NCBI RefSeq assembly: GCF_963921235.1
Contig: NC_086101.1
Location: forward strand, 9,302,001 to 9,366,000
Reading direction: 5' to 3'
Source of the DNA: Mobula hypostoma
Lineage: Eukaryota
DNA: 64,000 nt
Part shown: positions 1 to 10,500 of the stretch, piece by piece
How positions within the stretch are numbered: position 1 is the first letter of the stretch
Layout of the letters: each line of letters starts with the position of its first letter
Program-made: the position numbers and the translations under genes
The notes under the pieces: model-generated
What the model was told of the DNA's origin: nothing
The model's input: only the letters and a program-made list of their open reading frames with translations
Database searches by the model: none

Positions 1-1307
1 AAACACCTAGAAAGGAGTGGTTCCATTAGACAGACACAGCATGGATTCAGAAAGGCATGTCCTGTTTGACAAACTTACTGGAGTTCTTTGAGGACATAAT
101 GAGTGCAGTGGATAGACAGGAACAGGTGGGTGTCGTATACTTGGATTTCAAGAAGGCGTTTGATAAGGTGCCGCACAAGAGACTTATAAATAAGATACGG
201 ATGCATGGAGTCGGAGGAAGTGTTTTGGCATGGATAGTGGATTGGTTAACAAACAGAAGGCAGAGGGTTGGTATAAATGGGTGTTTCCCCGGTTGGCAGT
301 CAGTGATGAGTGGGGTGCCGCAGGGGTCGGTGCTGGGCCCGCAGCTTGATGATTTGGAAGAGGGGACTGAGTGTAGTGTAGCAAAATTTGCTGATGACAC
401 TGAACTGAGTGGAAAACCAAATTGGATTGAGTCTGCAGAGGGATATAGATAGGTGAAGTGAGTGGGCCAAGGTCTGGCAGATGGAATACAACATTGGTAA
501 ATGTGAGATCATTGACTTTGTAAGGAATATTAGAAGAGCAGATTATTATTTAAATGGTGAAAGATTGAATCATACTGTTGTGCAGAGGGACTTGGGAGTG
601 CTTGTTTGTGAATCGCAACAAGTTGGCTTGCAGGTACAACAGGTTATTTAAAGGCAAACGGAATGTTGGCCTTCATTGCTGGAGGGATTGAGTTCAAGAG
701 CAGGGAGGTCATGCTGCAACTACACAGGGTACTGGTGAGGCCGCACCTAGAGTACTGTGTGCAGTTCTGGTCTCCATACTTCAGGAAGGATATACTGGCT
801 TTGGAGGCAGTGCAGAAGAGGTTCACCAAGTTGATTCCAGGGATGAAGGGGTTAACCTATGAGGAGAGATTGAGTCGCCTGGGATCATACTCTCTGGAGT
901 TCAGAAGAATGAGAGGGGGTTTTATAGAACACAAAATTTTGAAAAGGATAGATAATATCGAAGTGGGAAAGTTGTTTCCATTGGTAGGTGAGACTAGAAC
1001 TTGGGGACATTGCCTCAAGATTCAGGGGAGAAGATTTCAGATGGAGATGAGGACAAACTGTTTTTCCCAGAGAGTGGTGAATCTGTGGAATTCTCTCCCC
1101 AGGGAAGCAGTTGAGACTTCCTCACTAAATTTATTTAGGATACTGTTAGGTTGGTTTTCACAAAGTAAGGGAATTAAGGGTTATGGGGAAAAGGCAGGCC
1201 GATGGAGCTGAGTTTACAGACAGATCAGCCATGATCTTATTGAATGGCGGAGTAGGCTCGATGGGCTGGATGGCCTACTCCTGCTCCTATTTCTTATGTT
1301 CTTATGA
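1..1307 (+). mobile_element. CR1 LINE, 3' part of ORF2 (RT) plus 3' UTR, frameshifted
   Basis: ORFs 57..452 ([28 protein letters not shown]) and 663..1211 (LVRPHLEYCVQFWSP, FSQRVVNLWNSLP); ends in (TTCTTATG)2 tail. Confidence 0.92.
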
Positions 1308-2060
1308 AAAGAGAGACACAGAGACTGTAGATGCAGGAATCTGGACGGAAAATAGAGCTGCTGAGGAACTCAGCGGGTCAGACAGCATTTGTGGAGAAAA
1401 ATGGACGGAAGATATGCTGGGTTAAGACTGTGCAGGTGAAGCATCTCAAACTGAAATGTCAATTGTCCATTGCCTGACCCTCAGTGTTCCTCCAAAAGCT
1501 CGTTTTGTTCAGCTTGAGGACTGAAGATAGTCAGACTGGGGTGTAAAAACGGTGGTGGAAGGTAAATTTAAAGCAACTATTAAATCAGTTAAAGGTATGG
1601 AACACGGGATGTGGAGAGAATCTGCTGTGAGGAGACTGATGCTGTGGCAATGACAAAGATGTGGCTGCCGGAATCACCACAGGACTGGACATTGTACGTC
1701 ACAGTGTAGAAAACATTCAACTTCTGATTTCCATTTCCCTTCTTGACTTCACCACATACCGCCCGGCTCCAAAAGTCCGGTCTCACTTGTTCTGGACAGG
1801 ACCTTCTTCATAAATTCTGTGTCTGAGCTGAAGGTCATTATAGATAAGGAGGTTCAGCTGGAACAACCAAGCTACGGATGAAAATACTGGGGTGATGATT
1901 AGGTTATGCTTTGATGGAGTCTTATTATAAAAAGGGGCATTTTATTTGTGCAATGGGAGCTTTTTGTCTCACACCAGAGATAGTGCTGAGATTTACAGAA
2001 GATAGAGACGAGGGGAGAGGGACTAGGGATGGGGAGCTGTGAGTTAAAAATTGTCAGATC

Positions 2061-2502
2061 TGTGACGCCCTTCTGACATTGCAGAGATTGGCTCAGTGAA
2101 TGATAAGAATTATTTTGTTTCTGTACTGCAACTACTGCAGACTTTTGATTTTTCTATCTGTATTGCATTTGTGCTGGTTCTAATAACGTGCTTTCTTGTG
2201 GCCTTGAATACATGTGCAGCATCTGCTTTATCTGTGAATGCATATGTGAATACCCTGAGCTGAATCAGAAAATAACAGAACGAATCTTAAATATCATTTT
2301 CTTTATACCCTGTGCAGCCAGCAGGTAGCGGAACTGCTCCAGTTATTCGCTCTCACACGCTGCTTTCACTCAGTCGGGACGGAATGTCTCAACAAATGCC
2401 AAGTGCACTCTCGCCGCTCCCCACTGTCCAACAGGGGTTGTGGGGAATAACTCTGGTACACCCCCACCCCCGCCCGATCCTTACCATGGAGGGAGCATCA
2501 CA
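2061..2502. mobile_element. possible solo LTR
   Basis: Termini TGTGACGCCC...GGAGCATCACA form an imperfect TG..CA inverted repeat; flanks GATC/GACT are not a clean TSD. Confidence 0.35.
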
Positions 2503-2520
2503 GACTGAGGGGATCACAAG

Positions 2521-3143
2521 CGAAACCCTCTGGTTTCCTTGTCTGTGTAAGTCTCGGGAAGACACTGTCTGGTCCGGTCAAACTTGTGAGATTGAGACGG
2601 CTCTCTCACCCGAAACCCCGGTTTGTGTGGATGCTGTGTAATTTGCTACCCTGTTAGATATTAGTGCCACGGGGTAACAGACAGTACACTGCATTCGAAC
2701 AAAGGAAATATAGTTATGAAACTTTAACTTAACAAAAGGGTTAGTAAAGAAAAACAACAAGAGAAGGGCCATTTTAATTAAACAGTCAAATGTGCACAAG
2801 TTGGAGCTCAACGTTTCATCATATTCACCGATCCTCACTCGATCTCGGTACCTGACTTCATCGAATCACGATCCCACACCAGATCAAATGTTACAATCTG
2901 TTCTCTCCAGCGTCTTCTCTCTACATCTACCGCCGAACCAAAGCCCCAAGCCCAGCTTTAGTGCCCCTCACCAGAAAAACTTCCCCCTAGTTCCACCATC
3001 CTGACGGGATGACACACATTCCTCATCATCCCTTATCTTGAACAATAACCCAAACAGGCTGAGAGCAGAACAGACTGATCTTACAGAGCTGCTGAATGAA
3101 ATACCTACAGCAGAACAGTAAAAATGTGACCCAGGGCGTTACA
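2521..3143 (-). mobile_element. probable solo LTR
   Basis: Minus strand starts TGTAACGCCC and ends GGGTTTCG (CA expected); flanks CAAG/CAGG are a 4-bp TSD with one mismatch; non-coding. Confidence 0.5.
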
Positions 3144-3214
3144 CAGGGTACAGAAGTCTGGAAACACAGTGACTCAGCAGCTGTTGAGGGAAAAGTCAGC
3201 AACAACTGACACTG

Positions 3215-3560
3215 ACATGATAGACAGTCAGAGTCTCTTTATCCTCAGCGTGGGAATGTCAAATACAACAGCGAGTAAAGATAAGGTGAGAGGAGAAGGT
3301 TTAAAGGAGATTCATGAGGCAAGTTTTTTCTACACGGAGAATGGTCGGTGCCTGGAACGTGCTGTCAGGGGAGGTGGTGGAAGCAGATACAACAACAACA
3401 TTTCAGTGCATTTAGACAGACACATGAACAGACAGGGAATGGTGGGTTGTGGACCATGTACAGGCAGATGGGATGAGATTGAACTGGCACAATGTTCAGC
3501 ACAGACTTGTGGGCCGAATGGCCTGTTCCTGTGTTGGATTGTTCTGTGTTCCATGTTCAA
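3215..3560 (+). mobile_element. old CR1 3' fragment
   Basis: Degenerate FF-QR-V-WN-L end of ORF2 and GGGCCGAATGGCCTGTT 3' UTR motif. Confidence 0.6.
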
Positions 3561-3564
3561 TGTT

Positions 3565-4235
<671 letters not shown>

Positions 4236-5862
4236 GACTGAACACAGTGAACATGAGGTACAGAGGATGCTCTACACAGAGTGCATTGGTTGCCCCTGTG
4301 TAATCCAACAGACTGAAGGCCAAAATATTAAATGTCACAAATGTAGATATGTGTCTTAAGAAATTAAGAAATAGCAGTAGATGTGGCTATTTGGCCTTTT
4401 GTCTCTGTCCTGTCCTTCACTCAGAACATCTGACCTTTTTGACCTCAGTGCTGCTCTCCTGTGCCATCCCCATCATCTCGGAGCCCCAGAAATCGAGAAA
4501 CCTTGTGGAGAGAATTCCAACGTTTCACTGCATTCTGGGTGGGGAAACTTCTCATCTCAGTCCTGCTGAGGAGACCTGTTATTCTGAGTTTGTGAACTGT
4601 GGTACCACACACCAGCCAGGTGAAACATCATTCCTGCCTCTGCTCTGTCAATACCCTGTGAGACTGTGTCTGTCTCAGTCAGACCACCTCTTATTCTTCT
4701 AACTTTGAGACAGGCCCAGCAGAGTGATCTCTCTGAGGACACTATGTAGAGGATAAAGCTTTAAAGTGATAGGGTCAAAGTTGAAACAGGATGTTATGTT
4801 TCAGGACATTACTATTCTCCTCACTGAAATCCCCAGCTTCAAACTGATCCTTCAAGGGACATATAACTAATTACTCTTTTTCTTCCAACATATTCACAAA
4901 ATCTGCTAAAGTTATCTTGTGGCTTCTTTTGCCCTCCTGATTTCCCTCTTCAGTGTACTCCGACATTCCTTCCATTTTGCAGGGGAATCGCTTCATCCCA
5001 GTTACTTTCACCTGACAAACAACTCCATCATTTTCCTGATCAGAGTCTGAATAACCCTCATCCGCCAGGGTTCCCTCATCCCAGCAGTGCTGACCTTCAC
5101 TCAAACAGGAAACCCTCCCGAACCCCTCCAAACTCGGTTCAGGATCCTCACTCACAAGATGTCTGTTTACCCTCCTGTTCCACACCTCTATTTACTCCCC
5201 GGCCTTTTCTGTCCTCCCTCAGTTCAGACTGTCCATTGATCTGAAGAGAAATAGTGAGACAATAGTTCCCCTGCAGTGTCCGTGTGTGGATCAAAGAGGG
5301 ATGAGTGAGGTCTGGTTCCCCTCGTCTGTGTTTACTGTGGAGAAGGGAATGGAAGCTGGGAAATTTAGGGAAGAGAATAAATAGTATTGTCCTGAAACAC
5401 GACAAACAGGAGGTGATGCTGGAAGTTTTAAACACATAAAACTGGATAAACTACTGGGACCTGATCAAGTCCATCCTCGGACGTTGTGGGGGCTTTGCTG
5501 AGATAATTTGAACATCAAATACTGAACTTTACCCCACAGGAACAGCCCCTGTGGCATGAGGTCCTGGGTGAGCTGATACAAAATTGGTTTGTGGTTGGAA
5601 GCAGAGGGTGGTGGTGGAGGGTTGTTTTTTCACACTGGATGTCCGTGACCAGAGCTGAACCACAGGCATCGTTGTTTCCTCCATTCTGCTTGTTATTCAT
5701 GTTAATGAATATGATGAGAGTGTAGGTGCGTGGTTAGTAAGTTTGTGGAAGTGAGGCAAGAGGAAAAAAATGAAAGGGGCCCTGAGGGCAAAGTTTACAT
5801 AGAGAAGGTGGTAGGTGAATCGAACGAGCTGCCACTGGAGGTGACAGCGGCAGGTAACTACA

Positions 5863-6617
5863 TGTGACAATATCCTGAGTTATTCATTATGGACTGTGCC
5901 TTTAAAAAGAGAGAGAGAGAGCGTGCAGCTGATTCAGAGAGAGAGAGGCACCGAGCAGCTCGTGTGTCGCTATGGTGATAGAAGGGAGGAAATAAATGAT
6001 GGACAGCTGGTGTTCGGCACAACCGTATTTAAACCAGCGTGGTCGCTTGTTTCGCGGGACAGGCAGACGCACTAAGGTGTGGCAAAATTACCACTACACT
6101 TTCAGGCGCCCACGAGTGCGGGACTGAGGATCGATTAAGAGGAATTGATCTGTGATTGTTAGTGCGTGAAAAAGCGACCCTGTGGAGTTTACCAGTGTGT
6201 CTAACCCTTGCCTGGGTTGGTAGATTATCACTTGAGGACGGCACTCTTTAAGTTGGTCAAGTTTAGCTAACTTGGAAGTTTCGGAGGACAACGGGAAGAA
6301 TCGATGGCGTCAGCTTACGTGGACAACAAACCACCTCCCTCTCTCCTCAATTCTACTCAACTTGATAACACGAACTGAACTGACTTTGTTGACCTACCAT
6401 CGTAAGACTATCAATTACCACCTAAGCCTGAAGAAATTTGGGTTTCTATTTCCACACATATATATGCATAAACTCTGCTAACCTGTTCGACTTATCTAGT
6501 TTGATATTACTGTATTGCGTAGTTACTACTAAAAATAGTGTTAGTAAACAGCAAAACCAGACTCCAGGTGAGTTCCATTTCTGCTGGTTCTTTTAACCCA
6601 CTACAGGGAAAGTAACA
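5863..6617 (+). mobile_element. solo LTR (755 bp) related to the LTRs of the 9544-14296 element
   Basis: TGTGAC...GTAACA termini; perfect 4-bp TSD TACA (5859-5862 / 6618-6621); 3' end shares CCAGACTCCA...CCATTTCTGCTGGTT...GTAACA with the large element; interrupts a CR1 fragment. Confidence 0.88.
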
Positions 6618-6659
6618 TACACCATTTAGAAGACATTTAGCCAAATGTATGCACATGAA

Positions 6660-8612
6660 ACATAAGGCAATCAGACCATAAGATATAGGGGTAAGGCTAT
6701 TCAGCCCATCGAGTCTGCTCCGCCATTCAATCCTGGGCCGATCCAATTCTTCCAGTCATCCCCACTCCCCTGCTTTCACCCCATACCCTTTGATGCCCTG
6801 GCTAATCAAGAACCTATCTACCTTTGCCTAAAATGCACCCAATGACTTGGCCTCCACAGCCGCTCATGGCAACAAATTCCACAGATTTACCACCCTCTGA
6901 ATAAAGTAATTAATCTGCATCTAAGTTCTAAAAGGACATCCTCCAATCCTGAAGTTGTGCCTTCTTGTCCTAGAATACTCTACCGTGGGAAATAACTTTG
7001 CCATATCTAATCTGTTCAGGCCTTTTAACATTTGGAATGTTTCTATGAAATCCCCTCTCATTCTCCACAACTCCAGGGAATACAGCCCAAGGGCTGCCAG
7101 ACGTTCCTCATATGGTAACCCTTTCATTCCTTGAAACATTCTCATGAATCTTCTCTGGACTCTTTCCAATGTCAGTATATCTTTTCTAAAATAAGGAGCC
7201 CAAAACTGCACACAATACTCCCAAATGTTGTCTCACAAATGCCTTATAGAGCCTCAACATCACATCCCTGCTCTTATATTCTATACCTCTAGAAATGAAT
7301 GCTAAAAATGCAGTTGCCTTCTTCACAAACAACACAACTTGGAGGTTACAACAGGAATTCTGCAGATGCACCAGCAACTTTGACAACTTGAATGTTAACC
7401 TTCAGGGTATCCTGCACAAGGACTCCCAAGTTCCTTTGCATCTCGGCATTTTGAATTCTCTTCCCATCTAGATAATAATCTGCCCATTTATTTCTTCCAC
7501 CAAAGTGCATGACCATACACTTTTGCACATTATATTTCATTTTCCACTTCTTTGCCCATTCCCCTAAACTATCTATGTCTCTCTGCAGGTTCTCTGTTTC
7601 CTCAACACTACCTGCTCCTTCATCTATCTTTGTATAATCGGCAAATTTAGCCACAAATCCATTAATACCATAGTCTAAATCATTGACACACATCGTAAAA
7701 AGCAGCGGTCCCAACATCTACCTCTGTGGAACTCCACTAGTAACCGGCAGCCAGCCAGAATAGGATCCCTTGATTCCCACTCTGTTTTCTGCCGATCAGC
7801 CAATGCCCCAACCACACTAGTAACTTCCCTGTAATTCCATGGGCTCTTACCTTGCTTAGCAGCCTCATGTGTGGCACCTTGTCAAAGGCCTTCTGAAAAT
7901 CTCAGTACTCCACGTGGACTGCATTTCCTTTGTCCACCCTGCTTCTAATTTCCTCAAATAATTGCAGAAGGTTGTCAGGCAGGATTTTCCTTTCAGGAAA
8001 CCATGCTGGCTTTGGCCTATCTTGCCATGTGCCTCCAGGTACTCCGTAATCTCATCCCTAACAATCAATTCCAACAAATTCCCAACCACTGACGTCAGGC
8101 TAACAGGTCTACAGTTTCCTTTCTGCTGCCTCCTGCTCTTCGTAAATAGTGGAGTAACATTTGCAATTTTCCAGTCATCTGGTACAATGCCAGAATCTAT
8201 CCATTCTTGAAAGATCATCGTTAATGCCTCTGCAATCTATCCAGGTAATTCCTTCAGAACCCGAGGCTGCATTCCATCGGGTCCAGGAGATTTATTCACC
8301 CTCAGACCATTAAGCTTCCTGAGCACCTTCTCAATCGTAACTTTCACTGCACAGCTTCACTTCCCTGACACTCTTGAATGTCCTGTACGCTGCAGACATC
8401 TTCCACTGTGAGGAATAATGCAAAATATGCATTCAGTTCCTCTGCCATCTCTGCATCTCTCATTACAAGATCTCCAGCATCATTTTGTATTGGTTCTATA
8501 TCGACCCTCGACTCTCTTTTACCATTTATATACTTTAAAAAGCTTTTCGTATCTTCTTTGATATTCGTCGCCAGCTTCCTCTCATAATTCATCTTTTTAT
8601 TCAGAATGACCT
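6660..8612 (-). mobile_element. CR1 LINE, about 2 kb 3' portion, frameshifted
   Basis: Minus ORFs 8344..8592, 7865..8218, 7346..7717 and 6921..7211 are consecutive pieces of CR1 ORF2; 3' tail near 6660-6690. Confidence 0.92.
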
Positions 8613-8614
8613 TC

Positions 8615-8772
8615 TTAGTTGAGGGGTAACGTCTTCACAGAGAGGGTAGTGAGTCCCTGGAATGAGCTGCCAGAGGAAGTGGTCGAGCTGGGAACCACTG
8701 CAACATTTACAGTGAGAGGCATTTGGATAGGTGCATGGAGGGAAAGGGCTTGGAGGGCTATGTGCCAAACAC
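8615..8772 (+). mobile_element. CR1 3' fragment (end of ORF2, start of 3' UTR); its UTR resumes at about 16893-16935
   Basis: FTERVVSPWNELPEEVVE motif, then GAGGGCTATG; after the array the sequence continues GGGCCGAGGGGCCCTTTACCCTGCTG. Confidence 0.8.
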
Positions 8773-9543
8773 GGGTATCTGGGTCTAGCGGGTAGGTAGT
8801 GTGGTCAGTATGGGCCAATGGGCTATCTGGGTCTAGCGGGTAGGTAGTGTGGTCAGTAAGGGCCAATCAATGGGCTATCTGGGTCTAGTGGGTAGGTAGT
8901 GAGGTCATTACGGGCCAATGGTCTCTCTGGGTCTAGCGGGTAGGTAGTGTGGTCAGTACGGGCCAATGGGCTCTCTGGGTCTAGCGGGTAGGTAGTGTGG
9001 TCAGTATGGGTCAATGGGCTATCTGGGTCTAGCGGGTAGGTAGTGTGGTCAGTATGGGTCAATGGGCTATCTGGGTCTAGCGGGTAGGTAGTGTGGTCAG
9101 TACGGGCCAATGGGCTATCTGGGTCTAGCGGGTAGGTAGTGTGGTCAGTATGGGTCAATGGGCTATCTGGGTCTAGCGGGTAGGTAGTGTGGTCAGTACG
9201 GGCCAATGGGCTATCTGGGTCTAGCGGGTAGGTAGTGTGGTCAGTACGGGCCAATGGGCTATCTGGGTCTAGCGGGTAGGTAGTGTGGTCAGTACGGGCC
9301 AATGGGCTATCTGGGTCTAGCGGGTAGGTAGTGAGGTCAGTAAGGGCCAATCAATGGGCTATCTGGGTCTAGCGGGTAGGTAGTGTGGTCAGTACGGGCC
9401 AATGGGCTATCTGGGTCTAGCGGGTAGGTAGTGTGGTCAGTATGGGTCAATGGGCTATCTGGGTCTAGCGGGTAGGTAGTGTGGTCAGTACGGGTCAATG
9501 GGCTATCTGGGTCTAGCGGGTAGGTAGTGTGGTCAGTACGGGC
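8773..9543 (+). repeat. 48-bp minisatellite, left arm (about 16 units)
   Basis: Unit TGGGCTATCTGGGTCTAGCGGGTAGGTAGTGTGGTCAGTACGGGCCAA; encodes a 16-aa repeat on the minus strand. Confidence 0.97.
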
Positions 9544-10401
9544 TGTTACGAGAATACACATAAAATTAAGATGTTTGCTGGCCTGGGCTAGCATCAGTGG
9601 CATCAGCAGTTGGTCTGCCACCTGCCCTCAGGGGAAGGAGAGATAAGGAACAATGGAGCAGCGTCTGGAGATGTGTAATGAAGGGATGTGGGAGGAAGAG
9701 CTGTCTGGAGCGGCTCCCCCCTTTGAACCCTGAACTGTTTGAAGTGATGGACAGGCGATACCCCAGCAGGGGGATAAAAAGGGACAGGTTCGCTAAGACA
9801 GACACACACGCCACCCGAGGTAACGAGACCCTGGAAGCGGTGCGCTTCTCACGAGTGGGTGAGAAGTCCCAGACAACGACAAGGGTGGAAAGGTACGATC
9901 AGCGGGAACCCGGTGTGTGTCCGCCCTTGCCTGGGTGCCGGGTTCACTGCAGAGGATCGACCGCATCTGGAGGAGGGGTCACAGTCGGTGACCTCAGGTG
10001 ACATCACCAAGGACCTGCCCAAAAGCTGTTTGTGAGCCATCTCGCTGGTCTGTGAGTGAAGCTGTGCTGAATGATGAGTTGTTCCTATTCTATGTCTCTC
10101 TTCCCCACCTTGTCCATCGCCATGACAACGATTACTGCGAACTGAACTACAAACTGGACTGAACTTTGAGTCATTTTGAAATTGGTCATTTACCCCTAGA
10201 CAACGATAGAGCTTGATTGATGCTGTTATCTTAATTCTGTGCACATGTGTGTTTATCATCACTGAACTGTTGCATTTATTATCCTTTCGATTACTGTGTT
10301 GCTTGTTTCTGTAATAAAACTTTCTTAGTTCTAGTACTCCAGACTCCAACTGAGTGATCCATTTCTGCTGGTTTGGCAACCCAGTTACGGGGTACGTAAC
10401 A
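9544..10401 (+). repeat. 5' LTR (858 bp)
   Basis: TGTTAC...GTAACA; TATA-like GATAAAAA near 9773; AATAAA 10313-10318; direct repeat of 13439-14296. Confidence 0.96.
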
Positions 10402-10405
10402 TAAG

Positions 10406-10431
10406 TGGGGTTCTCGTCCGCGATTTTGAAC
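10406..10431 (+). promoter_or_regulatory. primer-binding site, degenerate complement of tRNA-Pro 3' end
   Basis: TGGGGTTCTCGTCCGCGATTTTGAAC versus tRNA-Pro complement TGGGGGCTCGTCCGGGATTTGAAC, after a 4-nt spacer downstream of the LTR. Confidence 0.78.
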
Positions 10432-10500
10432 GCTAAATTTGGGACGGAGTAAATTGATTGGGTTAAAATTCCCGAAAGAAAGAAAAGACAAACAGCAGAA

